Assembly (NCBI GenBank): GCA_037142615.1
Contig: JBAXAI010000003.1
Span: 1 to 64,000, forward strand
Source: Spirochaetales bacterium
Lineage (GTDB): Bacteria > Spirochaetota > Spirochaetia > JABEVK01
Reading direction: 5' to 3'
Length of the DNA stretch: 64,000 nt
Numbering within the stretch: position 1 is the stretch's first letter; each line of letters opens with the position of its first letter. The translations under genes and the position numbers were made by a program. The notes below the pieces were generated by a model. That model saw only the letters and a list, made by a program, of their open reading frames with translations. It had not been told where the DNA came from and searched no databases. Shown in pieces: positions 8,594 through 17,754 of this stretch.

Positions 8594-9967
8594 ATGACCC
8601 TGCGCGCCCGCCTGTTTTGGGCTTTCAGCACGATGCTCCTGGTGCCTCTGCTGCTGATGGTGCTCTTGGGCGGCGTCGTGCAGGGTTTTTGGATGCCCGA
8701 AGACGACATGGCGGCGGTGGGAGCCCTCAACGCCGCCTTGCTCGACAACCCCGACGGGTTGCTGACGCGCGAGGGCTTCCACGCGGTGGCCGACCTTTTG
8801 CCGCCGTTTGTGATCGCCGGGCTCGAGGTGAACGGCGCATGGAAGCAGACCAGCGAGGGCTTTGTCACCCAGGGAACCAGAACCCACCAACGATCGCTGT
8901 TCGAATGGCGTTTCCGGCTCGCTGACGGCACAATGGCGCGGCTCGAAGCCCGCTTCTACCCACATCAACTGATGACCCGGGGCGGCTGGCATTACTTGAT
9001 TTTGCCACTGTTGGCCATGCTGATCCTCGTGTTGACCAACGGAACCCTCACGTGGCTGGTGAGCCGAACCATCCTGCGCCCCTTGCGCCAGTTGGAAGTC
9101 GCCGCCCGCCGGCTGGGCGAAGGCGATCTGAGCCCGTCGGGCTTGCCGACCACACCGCCCGAGTTCCGTCGCGTGGGCACCGCGTTCGACGAAATGCGCC
9201 AGCGGCTCAAGGCCTCGCTCACCGAGCGCGAACAAAACGAGGAAGAGCGGCGCGTCTGGGTGGCCAGCGTGTCACACGATCTGCGCACGCCGCTGGCGGT
9301 GGTGCGGGGCTACGCCGAAGGCCTGCGCGACGGTATCGCCAACACCCCCGAAAAGCACGAGCGTTACGTGGGTGTTCTGCTCGAACGAGCCCAGCAGATG
9401 GAGCGTCTGGTCGATGACTTGTTCCAATGGGCCCGGTGGGACTGGGGCCATCCTGAACTGCAACGCCAAACGCTGTCGCTGAGCGCCGAAGTGTCGCGCG
9501 CGGTGGCCGACTGGGCCGTCGATTGGCCCACGCTGACGGTTCACTGGAGTCCGCCCCAAATCGACCAAACTGACGTGGTGTCTACTGACGTGGTGTCTAC
9601 TGACGTGGTGTCTACTGACGTGGTGTCTACTGACACCACGGCTCTGAGGCGCATCTTCGACAACTTGGCCCGCAACGCCGTCCAGCACTCCGGCGAGGCG
9701 CCCCATCTGCACGTCACGCTGACCCCCGGAGCGGCGGGTGGCTGGCTCCTGACCTTCCGCGACCAAGGCCCCGGCATCGCCACCGACCTTCTGCCCAAGG
9801 TTTTTGAGCGCTTTTTCCGTGGCGACCCGGCGCGCGACCCGGCTTGGGGCGGCGGCGGCCTGGGCTTGACCATCGCCCGCTCGCTGGCCGAGGCTTTGGG
9901 AGGCACCTTGACCGCCGACAACGCCCCCGAAGGAGGCGCCCGATTCACGCTGACCCTATCCTCCTGA
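8594..9967 (+). CDS. HAMP-domain sensor histidine kinase
   Basis: Two TM helices, HAMP, H-box SHDLRTPL, N-box NLARNA, DQGPGI, FERFFRGD, GGGLGLTIA. Confidence 0.92.
   Translation: MTLRARLFWAFSTMLLVPLLLMVLLGGVVQGFWMPEDDMAAVGALNAALLDNPDGLLTREGFHAVADLLPPFVIAGLEVNGAWKQTSEGFVTQGTRTHQRSLFEWRFRLADGTMARLEARFYPHQLMTRGGWHYLILPLLAMLILVLTNGTLTWLVSRTILRPLRQLEVAARRLGEGDLSPSGLPTTPPEFRRVGTAFDEMRQRLKASLTEREQNEEERRVWVASVSHDLRTPLAVVRGYAEGLRDGIANTPEKHERYVGVLLERAQQMERLVDDLFQWARWDWGHPELQRQTLSLSAEVSRAVADWAVDWPTLTVHWSPPQIDQTDVVSTDVVSTDVVSTDVVSTDTTALRRIFDNLARNAVQHSGEAPHLHVTLTPGAAGGWLLTFRDQGPGIATDLLPKVFERFFRGDPARDPAWGGGGLGLTIARSLAEALGGTLTADNAPEGGARFTLTLSS
9569..9634 (+). repeat. 15-bp perfect tandem repeat x4.4 (ACTGACGTGGTGTCT)
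   Basis: Four identical copies plus ACTGAC; encodes (TDVVS)4-TD in frame within the kinase. Confidence 0.95.
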
Positions 9968-10641
9968 TCGAGGACGACCCGGCGCTGGCCGAACTCGTGC
10001 GCGACTACCTCGAGGCCGAAGGCTTCGTGGTGGAGCACTGCGCCGATGGCACCGCTGGCCTCGCGGCCGCGATGACCGGTCGGCACGCGCTGATCCTGCT
10101 CGACCTGATGCTGCCGGGGGCCAGCGGCTTCGACATTTTGCGGGCTTACCGGCCGCAGTGGCCCCATCCTGTGTTGGTTGTTTCGGCCCGGGGCGACGAC
10201 TCCAACAAGATCCGGGGTCTGGGCATGGGCGCCGACGACTACCTGTCGAAGCCTTTCAGCCCGGCCGAACTGGTGGCGAGGGTCAAAGCCCACCTGTCGC
10301 GCTACCGCCGCCTCACCGGCACCGAAGACGCCGCCTCGCTGCGCGAAGTCACGGTGGGTCCGCTGAGCCTCGACGCCGAACGGCGCTTGATCCGGTTGCG
10401 CGGCGAGACGCTGGCTCTGACGGCCAAGGAACACGAAATGCTCACGCTGCTGCTGCAGAATCCCGGTCGTCTGTTCTCGAAAGAGGAGCTCTACGAGCGC
10501 GTGTGGGGCGAAAACAACGCCGGTGACCAGAGTACCGTGGCCACGCACATCCGCCGCCTGCGCGAGAAGATCGAGGCCGACCCTGCCGACCCGCAGCTGA
10601 TTCTCACCGTTTGGGGTCTGGGCTACCGGCTGGCGGAGTGA
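9943..10641 (+). CDS. OmpR/PhoB-family response regulator (start probably non-canonical ATT)
   Basis: ILLIEDD, LLDLMLPG, GADDYLSKPF and wHTH ILTVWGLGYRL. No ATG/GTG/TTG lies near the domain start; AGGAGG-N6-ATT at 9931-9945. Confidence 0.88.
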   Translation: MHADPILLIEDDPALAELVRDYLEAEGFVVEHCADGTAGLAAAMTGRHALILLDLMLPGASGFDILRAYRPQWPHPVLVVSARGDDSNKIRGLGMGADDYLSKPFSPAELVARVKAHLSRYRRLTGTEDAASLREVTVGPLSLDAERRLIRLRGETLALTAKEHEMLTLLLQNPGRLFSKEELYERVWGENNAGDQSTVATHIRRLREKIEADPADPQLILTVWGLGYRLAE

Positions 10642-11801
10642 GAGGCCAGCGTTCGCAGCCAGTCCAAGCAGGGTCGCAGGCCTCCCACGGTGACGCCGTC
10701 TTTCCAAGGGTAGGACGTTTCGAGCGGACAAACGATCCACAGATGGGTGAGTTCCAGATCTTCACGGGCGGTCCAGAAGCCCTTTGTCACGGTGGGGGCC
10801 AGGGAGGCTTTGCACTCAATACCCACCCGGGTTGAACCCCGTTCCAGAACAAGATCCAGCTCGGCCCCGTTCGACGTCCGGTAGAAGGAGGCACTCCAGT
10901 CCGGCCCCAGCGCGCCGAGGATCTGATCGACAACCAAACCTTCCCAGGAGTCACCCACCTTTGGATGGCCGAGAAGTGCGTTGTAGTCGGGTATTCCCAG
11001 CAGACTTTGGAGAAGTCCGACGTCACGCAGGTAGACCTTGGGTGACTTCACGAGCCGTTTCTTGTCGTTGCCTGCCCAGGGTGCAAGGCTACGGACCAAG
11101 TAGGCACCTTCCAGCCAGTCGAGCCAGCTTCGAAAGGTGGTGTGGCTGGCTCCGAGGACCTCGCCGAGCTTGCTGGCATTGAGCAGTTCGCCGTGGGAGT
11201 GCGCGACCAGATTCAGCAGCCTCCAAAGTTTCACGGGTGGCAACGACAGCCCCAGCTGCGGCAAGTCGCGCTCGACGAGGGCGCGCAGATAATCGGCTCG
11301 CCAGGCGCGGCTCTGCTCAAGGCTCACAGGCAACAGGCTGAGAGGAAAACCTCCCCTCTCCCAGAAACTCTGAACCGGCGTTTGGTTGAGCTCGCCGACA
11401 AGAAAGGGCGTCAGGTCGAGGTAACTGAGCCGACCGGCCAGCGACTGGGAACTCTGGCGCAGAAGCGGAGGTGAGGCCGATCCCAAGAGCAGAAGGTTGC
11501 ATTGGCGCTCATTGCGGTCGATCCACGAACGAAGAAACGGGAACAGGTCAGGCTTGAGCTGGATTTCATCCAGGATGATGAGCGACCCGCGGTTACTGTC
11601 AAGAAACAGCTGAGGCTCATCGAGCCGGCGGAAGTCGGCAGGGTCTTCCAAGTCAAGGTAGATGCTTGCCGGGTAGGTGGAGGCGATCTGTTTGGCTAGG
11701 GTGGTCTTGCCGCACTGCCGGGGTCCCAACATTGCCACAGCCGGATTCCAGCTGAGGCGCTCGAGAATGACAGAGTGAAGGGTTCTTTGTATACCATGCA
11801 T
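10623..11801 (-). CDS. AAA_14 ATPase with DUF4143 C-terminus
   Basis: GPRQCGKTT, ILDEIQ, LLGSAS, GGFP, KSPKVYLRDVGL, ELDLV...IECK. Confidence 0.88.
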   Translation of the reverse strand: MHGIQRTLHSVILERLSWNPAVAMLGPRQCGKTTLAKQIASTYPASIYLDLEDPADFRRLDEPQLFLDSNRGSLIILDEIQLKPDLFPFLRSWIDRNERQCNLLLLGSASPPLLRQSSQSLAGRLSYLDLTPFLVGELNQTPVQSFWERGGFPLSLLPVSLEQSRAWRADYLRALVERDLPQLGLSLPPVKLWRLLNLVAHSHGELLNASKLGEVLGASHTTFRSWLDWLEGAYLVRSLAPWAGNDKKRLVKSPKVYLRDVGLLQSLLGIPDYNALLGHPKVGDSWEGLVVDQILGALGPDWSASFYRTSNGAELDLVLERGSTRVGIECKASLAPTVTKGFWTAREDLELTHLWIVCPLETSYPWKDGVTVGGLRPCLDWLRTLASHSASR

Positions 11802-11807
11802 ATCGCA

Positions 11808-11836
11808 ACTATAACTTGCAAATTACATGGTTACAA
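11808..11836 (-). promoter_or_regulatory. sigma70-type promoter, leaderless configuration
   Basis: TTGTAA-N17-TATAGT-N6-ATG(11801). Confidence 0.6.
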
Positions 11837-11855
11837 GTCGCCCTGGGAACTCAAC

Positions 11856-11928
11856 TGCGCCCACTTGGATTTGAACCAAGGACCAAGGGATTATGAGACC
11901 CCTGCTCTAACCACTGAGCTATGGGCGC
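11856..11928 (-). tRNA. tRNA with CAT anticodon, most likely tRNA-Ile2 (lysidine type)
   Basis: GCGCCCATAGCTCAGTGGTTAGAGCAGGGGTCTCATAATCCCTTGGTCCTTGGTTCAAATCCAAGTGGGCGCA. The layout resembles ileX-type tRNAs; Ile2 versus elongator Met is inferred. Confidence 0.9.
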
Positions 11929-11940
11929 GAAACGCCCCCA

Positions 11941-11970
11941 AAAGTAGCGCCTGACGCGGGCTGGTGTCAA
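11941..11970 (-). promoter_or_regulatory. sigma70-type promoter for the tRNA
   Basis: TTGACA(11970-11965)-N18-TACTTT(11946-11941). Confidence 0.55.
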
Positions 11971-11983
11971 GGTTTGCGGCTGG

Positions 11984-12110
11984 CTATGCCACCGTGCCGA
12001 CAACGCTTCGGGCCCAAGTGAGCGCCACCTTTCCCAGCTGGAGAGCTTCGTCGGCCTCTTCCTTGGTCCAAGCCAGCATGAAACACCCGTTCCTGCTGCG
12101 AAGGGCTCAT
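11984..12110 (-). pseudogene. internally deleted HEPN-domain toxin remnant
   Basis: ATG overlaps the MNT stop (MSPSQQERVF). A second frame gives WTKEEADEALQLGKVALTWARSVV*, resembling a HEPN C-terminal helix. Only 127 bp in total. Confidence 0.55.
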
Positions 12111-12457
12111 GGCATCACTCCGTGGAGCACGGTACCCTCAGCCCGGATGAGCTGGCACAAGCCCCCGGTGGTGGCCTTTTGGGCGAAGGCCGAGGCTGTC
12201 AGAAACACGAGATCCTGCGATCGGTCGTCGGGCGGAGGACGGCGGAAAATGGCGGCGCGACTGCGGAGCAGTTCCTCTTCGTCGCTGAAGATCAACGCAA
12301 AGTCCACATCCGACCGGTCGGTCATGGCACCCCGTGCCGCCGACCCGAACAGAACGACCGCGAGGGGTTGGCTGGCCGCAAGGATCCAGGCCAGCTTACT
12401 TTGTACAATGTCCGAGACCTGTTGAGCTTCCAAGTGCTGCGGAAAGAACAAACCCAT
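12107..12457 (-). CDS. minimal nucleotidyltransferase (MntA-like antitoxin)
   Basis: VVLFGSAARGAMTDRSDVDF (GSx10DxD), 116 aa. Confidence 0.85.
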   Translation of the reverse strand: MGLFFPQHLEAQQVSDIVQSKLAWILAASQPLAVVLFGSAARGAMTDRSDVDFALIFSDEEELLRSRAAIFRRPPPDDRSQDLVFLTASAFAQKATTGGLCQLIRAEGTVLHGVMP

Positions 12458-12572
12458 GCCTCAGTCTAGGTTCGAGGCTGGCAATGGTCAAGCTTCGGGG
12501 ATTTCCATTGTTCGCAACTTTTTTTCTGAACGGTGCTTCACTTCCCCGCATTTCCTGACTATATTCCTCGCC

Positions 12573-14615
12573 ATGGATCAACTACAGCACGAAAAACGCA
12601 ACAGGACCTACACGGTTCTGGGCATCGCTCTCGCGATGTTCCTCGGGGCCCTGGACCAGACCATTGTGTCAACGGCCATGCCCAAGGTCGTTGAAGAACT
12701 GGGCGGCCTCGACCGCATCTCCTGGGTCTTCACGGTCTACGTCCTTATCTCGACACTTCTGATTCCGCTCTACGGCAAGCTGGCCGACATTGTCAGCCGC
12801 AAGGTGCTGGAAATCTTCGCGGTGACGACCTTCATTCTGGGTTCGGCCCTCTGTGGCATCGCCGGCGAGTTCGGTGTTCTGCCTTTCCTAGGCGACGGCA
12901 TGACCCAGCTGATCGTGTTCCGGGGCCTTCAGGCCGTCGGTGGCGCCGGGCTGTTCTCGCTGGCCTTTATCATCGTCAGCGACCTGTACCCACCCCGCGA
13001 ACGCGGCAAAATCAACGGCCTGTTCGGCGCGGTGTTTGGCCTTTCGAGCGTGCTCGGGCCGCTGATCGGCGGCTTTTTGACCGACAACGCCGGGGCCTGG
13101 CTGCCTCCGATCGAGGGCTGGCGCTGGGTGTTCTACGTCAACCTCCCGTTGGGCCTGGTCGCGCTATGGTTCATCATCACCCGCATGCCCCGCCTGCAAC
13201 CGCCCGACAACAGCCACGAGGTCGACTTTGTGTCGGCCGGGTTGATGATGGCGACGTTCTTCCCGCTGGTGTTCGCGTTGCAGCTCGACAAGAACGAGCA
13301 CGCGTGGACGAGTCCCGAAGTGCTGTACGAGCTGATCGGCTCGTTGGTGGTGGGCCTGATCTGGGTTTGGCATTCGCTCAAGGTGTCGAAGCATCCGATT
13401 GTCGACCTGCACCTGTTCCGCAACAACGTGTTCACGACGGCCAACGTCGCGTCGTTCTTTTTCGGCGCTGGCTTTTTCGTCATCATCCAGTACCTGCCCT
13501 TTTACATGGTGAACGTGCAGGGCGTTTCGGCCACGCAGGCCGGTGCCAGCCTGATTCCGATGACGATGGGCATCGTGCTCGGCTCGGGCCTCGGTGGGCC
13601 GCTGGTGAGCAAGATCGGCAAGTACAAGGCCGTTTTGGTGATTGGCACCATTGTCGCCATGGCCGCCGGCGGCTTGATGGCGCTGTTCGGTCTCGACACT
13701 CCTTACTGGCAAGTGATCGTGACCATGGTGGTCGCCGGCTTGGGCTTTGGTCCGGGCATGGGCCTGTATTCGCTGGCGGTGCAAAACGTAACCCCCCGCG
13801 AAGAAATGGGTCAGGCGACCAGCTTCAGCCAGTTCATCCGCCAGATTGGTTCGGCCATGGGTTCAGCCATCGCGGGTTCGCTGTTCTCGGCGGCCGTGTT
13901 GACCGCTTCGGCGGCGCACATGCCCACCGGAATGGACCTCAACCAGGGCATTTTGCGAGCTGGGCCCACCGAGGTGAAGAAGTTCATCGAGCTCGGGTTC
14001 GACAAATCAATCACGCAGGTGAGCGATCTGATGGACCTGCGCGGTGCCGAGGCCAAGGCTGCCTACGACAAGCTGATGGCCGACCCGACCACTTCGGCGC
14101 AGTTGAAAGACAACCTGAAGAGCGGCACCCCAGCCATGGCCATGGAAGCCCAGTTTGCCGAGTTTGAGGCTGGTCTGGAAGGCATTGTGCTCAGCGGTGA
14201 CAAGAAGGCTTTGGCCGCGCTGTACGCCTCGCCAGCCGCCGCCCGGATGTTGCCCGCTGAGTCGCGCGCGGGCATTGACGCTCTGATGAACCTGCCCGCC
14301 AAGGCCCGTCAGGACGCGGTGCCGCGCGTACGCGACAAAATGCAGCAAGGTATGGACATCGCTATCAGCGCCACGAGCGAAATGGTGAAGGCCAAAACCA
14401 AGGCCGCCCTCGACGCCAAGAAGAAGGAAGTGGCCGACAGCGTGGTGGCGGGCATGAAGCCGGCCGTTGTCGAGGCGTTGCAACCCATCTGGCTGTTCAA
14501 CATCATCGTGTTTGTGCTGCTGTTCGTGTTTAACCTGTTTATTCCGAGCATTCCGCTCAAGAACAAGCAGGACCCCACACCGACCGAAGGCCCCCCGCCA
14601 GCGGCCGCGCACTAA
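12573..14615 (+). CDS. DHA2/EmrB-QacA family MFS efflux transporter with a long inserted loop
   Basis: LDQTIVSTAMP, YGKLADIVSRK, FRGLQAVGG, GPLIGGFLT, WRWVFYVNLP. Start placed at ATG 12573. Confidence 0.9.
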   Translation: MDQLQHEKRNRTYTVLGIALAMFLGALDQTIVSTAMPKVVEELGGLDRISWVFTVYVLISTLLIPLYGKLADIVSRKVLEIFAVTTFILGSALCGIAGEFGVLPFLGDGMTQLIVFRGLQAVGGAGLFSLAFIIVSDLYPPRERGKINGLFGAVFGLSSVLGPLIGGFLTDNAGAWLPPIEGWRWVFYVNLPLGLVALWFIITRMPRLQPPDNSHEVDFVSAGLMMATFFPLVFALQLDKNEHAWTSPEVLYELIGSLVVGLIWVWHSLKVSKHPIVDLHLFRNNVFTTANVASFFFGAGFFVIIQYLPFYMVNVQGVSATQAGASLIPMTMGIVLGSGLGGPLVSKIGKYKAVLVIGTIVAMAAGGLMALFGLDTPYWQVIVTMVVAGLGFGPGMGLYSLAVQNVTPREEMGQATSFSQFIRQIGSAMGSAIAGSLFSAAVLTASAAHMPTGMDLNQGILRAGPTEVKKFIELGFDKSITQVSDLMDLRGAEAKAAYDKLMADPTTSAQLKDNLKSGTPAMAMEAQFAEFEAGLEGIVLSGDKKALAALYASPAAARMLPAESRAGIDALMNLPAKARQDAVPRVRDKMQQGMDIAISATSEMVKAKTKAALDAKKKEVADSVVAGMKPAVVEALQPIWLFNIIVFVLLFVFNLFIPSIPLKNKQDPTPTEGPPPAAAH

Positions 14616-15739
14616 GAAAGCAGGCGTTTCCGGTAGATTTCGAGGGCCTTCGACATTGCGGTGTCGAAGGCCTTTTTTTGCTTTGCAGGGCCGTCGTAGC
14701 GCAAGTTGCGCACGGTCAGCGTGCCCGCTTTGCGGTCGAGCTTGGCGTCGAGCAGGCCGGCGATCTGGCCCCGCCACAGGAGCGGCAAACCAAAGTAGCC
14801 GAACGTGCGCTTGGGAGCCGGTACATAGCACTCGAGCTTGAGGTCGTAGCCGAAGAGCCGGAGCAGCCGCTTGCGGTGGATCACGAACGGGTCAAAGGGG
14901 CTGAGAATACGAAGGGTATTCTCGGGGCCGGGTAGCGTATCGAGGGCCTCGAGCGACTTGGGTCGGGCCCAATAGGGTCGGTCGGAGCCTTCGACGGTCA
15001 GCTTGACGAGGTCTCCGGCGGCGGTGCGTTCGGCCAGGAGCGGACCCACGAGGTCGGTGTGTTCCCGGCGCTGGTAGGCCACTTCGTCGCGCGCCACGAG
15101 GCCCCACAGGTCGAGCGCCCTGTCGAGGTAGTGGTGGGCCGTTTCGGCGGCGCTGGGCTCGCGGGTATCGACGCCCAGCGGTAGTACGCGCTCGGTGAGG
15201 TCGAACACCTTTTGAAAGCCCTGGCGGGGCAGAATCATCAGCTGGCCACTCATGAACAGGTACTCGAGGGCCCGTTTGGCCGGCTTCCAGTCCCACCAGC
15301 CGGCGCGGCCCTGGGCGTCTTCAAAGTCCTGGCTGCGCAGGGGGCCTTCGGCCTTGATCCGTTCGAGTACCCGGTCGGCGTCGGCGCGCTCCAGTTTGTA
15401 CCAGTCGTGACCGTTTTCCTTCACGCGGGCCTTTCGCGGCAGGGTGTAGCGAAAATCACTCCACGGCAGGTACGAGGCAGCGTGGCCCCAATACTCAAAG
15501 ACCTCGGCTTGGTCGAGCCATTCGGGCCGATAGCCTGGCAGACGAGCGCCGAGAATGTGGTGGTGAGCCCGCTCGACCACACTGATGGTGTCGATCTGCA
15601 CAAAACCCAGGCGTTCGACCAAGGCGGTGACGGCGGCAGGCACTTGTTTGGCGGCCAGCTTGGCCGGAAGACCCTGCCAGCCTGAGGCGGCGGCCAGAGC
15701 CAGGCGGCGGGCTTCGTCGGTCGAGAGCGCGAGGCTCAC
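14612..15739 (-). CDS. YcaQ/AlkZ-like (HTH_42) crosslink-repair DNA glycosylase
   Basis: FVQIDTISVVERAHH, FEYWGHAAS, LSPFDP, LECYVPAPKRTFGYF. GTG 15739 overlaps the upstream stop. Confidence 0.85.
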   Translation of the reverse strand: MSLALSTDEARRLALAAASGWQGLPAKLAAKQVPAAVTALVERLGFVQIDTISVVERAHHHILGARLPGYRPEWLDQAEVFEYWGHAASYLPWSDFRYTLPRKARVKENGHDWYKLERADADRVLERIKAEGPLRSQDFEDAQGRAGWWDWKPAKRALEYLFMSGQLMILPRQGFQKVFDLTERVLPLGVDTREPSAAETAHHYLDRALDLWGLVARDEVAYQRREHTDLVGPLLAERTAAGDLVKLTVEGSDRPYWARPKSLEALDTLPGPENTLRILSPFDPFVIHRKRLLRLFGYDLKLECYVPAPKRTFGYFGLPLLWRGQIAGLLDAKLDRKAGTLTVRNLRYDGPAKQKKAFDTAMSKALEIYRKRLLS

Positions 15740-16521
15740 GGAAACACGGTTCCGGGGGCCGAGGTGAACCTCTTCTGGTACTTCTGCAGCAAACGGTCCA
15801 GTGTCCCGTCGGCCTTGAGTTGAGCCAGCTTTTTGTCGATCTCGGCGAGAACCCCGAGGTGTGGCGAAAGCCGGCTCATGCCCAGGTGGATGGAGTCGTT
15901 GGAAATGTAGGGGGTCAGGGCCACGATGGGGTGGGCCAGCTTCGAGATAGAGAGCCACGCCAAGCCCATGTTGGCCCCGCTGACGAACCAGTCGATACGG
16001 CCCGCGTCGAGCATTTTGAAGTTCTCGATCATCGACGGCGCCACGCTATAGCTCAGATTCTGCTTGAGGTAGGCGTCGAAGCCATTGCCGAAGGTGTCGC
16101 CCAAGCTGACGCCGCCCGTCAGCGGCTTCAGAACGTCCCAACTGATCAGCGAGAGCTTTTTGTCGTCGCGCACAAAGACGGCAACGGGGTTGGGGAAGGT
16201 GGGGTTGGTCGAGAACTGCAACCATTCTTCCCGCTCGGGGGTGATGCGGAAATTGACCAGCAGGTCCAACTTGCCCACCTTGGCGAGTTCCTGGGCGCGC
16301 TTCCAGGGAACCAGCACGGGCTCAAGCGTATAGCCCTTGGGCGTCAGCAAGGTGACCAGTTCGGCGGCGGCTCCATCGTAGGTTCCGTCGGCGTTCACCC
16401 AGTCGTACGGAGGATACTGGGGATTGGTCGCCCAGGTGATCACCTTTTCTTGGGCCATCAGCGCAGGGACCAGCATCGCGGCCACCAAACCGACAAGAAG
16501 CAGGAACCGAAGGAGCTTCAT
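15736..16521 (-). CDS. orphan periplasmic substrate-binding protein (family 3)
   Basis: Signal peptide, YPPY, VPWKRAQ, TPEREEWLQFS, DGTLDRLLQKY. Confidence 0.8.
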   Translation of the reverse strand: MKLLRFLLLVGLVAAMLVPALMAQEKVITWATNPQYPPYDWVNADGTYDGAAAELVTLLTPKGYTLEPVLVPWKRAQELAKVGKLDLLVNFRITPEREEWLQFSTNPTFPNPVAVFVRDDKKLSLISWDVLKPLTGGVSLGDTFGNGFDAYLKQNLSYSVAPSMIENFKMLDAGRIDWFVSGANMGLAWLSISKLAHPIVALTPYISNDSIHLGMSRLSPHLGVLAEIDKKLAQLKADGTLDRLLQKYQKRFTSAPGTVFP

Positions 16522-16578
16522 GCCTCAAGCATCGTTCATGGGCCTACCTTCGTCGAGGTTTTTGAGTATACTCCCGCC

Positions 16579-17745
16579 ATGCCCTTCCCCGACCCGTGGT
16601 CCTCCCACCTCGCCCAGCGAGGCCTCACCGAACCTACCGACGTCCAGACCGCCGTGTGGGCGCCTTTTCTTGCCGGAGCCCATCTCGCGGTGCAGTCGGC
16701 GACGGGCACGGGCAAAACGCTGGCCTACCTGCTACCGCTGTTCACCCGCCTCGACCCGGCCCGCAAAGAGTTGCAGGCCCTCATTCTGGTGCCGACACAG
16801 GAACTCGCGGTGCAAATTTTGAGGCAGATGGACCTGCTGACGGCAGCTCAACCGCCAGAACTGCGGCTGCGCACCGTGTCACTGATGGGCGGAGTGAACC
16901 TGCAACGCCAGCTAGACCAGCTCAAGTCCAAGCCCCACGTAGCCGTCGGTACCCCGGGACGCGTGCTCGAACTTCTCGAAAAGAAGAAGATCACCGGGCA
17001 TTTTATGGCCACGGTTGTTCTCGACGAAGCCGATCGCCTGCTCGACGACTCCTCGATCGTCGCGCTGCGGGCCATTCTCAAGACCACGCTCAAGAGCCGC
17101 CAGCTGTGCCTGTTTTCGGCGAGCCTGCCCGCCGCCACCCTGGCCGTGGCGACCTCGTTGCTGGCCCCCACCACCCCGGCACAAGAGCTTGTCGTGCTGA
17201 CCCTCGACGCCGAAACGCCAATACCGCCAGGCATCGCGCATTGGAGCTTCGAGACCGAACTGCAGGCGAAAAACGACCTGTTGCGGCAGCTCCTGCACGC
17301 GCTCAAACCTGGGCGGGCGCTCGTGTTCCTCAACAAGCCGGACCAAATCGAGCTCGTGGCCTCCAAACTTCGCCACCATAGCGTCGCGGCCGAAAGCCTG
17401 CACGGAACCCGCTTCAAGGAAGACCGCCAAAAAGCCATGAAGGGGTTTGCCAGCGGCGAGGTGACCGTGCTGGTGGCCAGCGACCTGGCCGCGCGCGGGC
17501 TCGACATCGGGGGTGTGACCCACGTGTTCCACTTCGACATTCCTGAGAACCCTCTGGACTACCAGCACCGCTGCGGACGTACAGGACGGTTGACCGCTGG
17601 GTCGCCGACGACAGGGTCGAAGATCGCGCCGGGTGTCAGCGTGTCGCTGGCCACCGAATACGAGTTGGGCCGGCTGGCCGAGATTGCCAAGAAGTTCGGC
17701 ATTACGATTGAAGCACACCGGCTCCAGCACGGCAAGGTGTTCTAG
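16579..17745 (+). CDS. DEAD-box RNA helicase
   Basis: Q motif PTDVQ, SATGTGKT, PTQELAVQ, GTPGR, LDEADR, ARGLDI, HRCGRTGR. Confidence 0.92.
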   Translation: MPFPDPWSSHLAQRGLTEPTDVQTAVWAPFLAGAHLAVQSATGTGKTLAYLLPLFTRLDPARKELQALILVPTQELAVQILRQMDLLTAAQPPELRLRTVSLMGGVNLQRQLDQLKSKPHVAVGTPGRVLELLEKKKITGHFMATVVLDEADRLLDDSSIVALRAILKTTLKSRQLCLFSASLPAATLAVATSLLAPTTPAQELVVLTLDAETPIPPGIAHWSFETELQAKNDLLRQLLHALKPGRALVFLNKPDQIELVASKLRHHSVAAESLHGTRFKEDRQKAMKGFASGEVTVLVASDLAARGLDIGGVTHVFHFDIPENPLDYQHRCGRTGRLTAGSPTTGSKIAPGVSVSLATEYELGRLAEIAKKFGITIEAHRLQHGKVF

Positions 17746-17754
17746 AGGCAAGAC

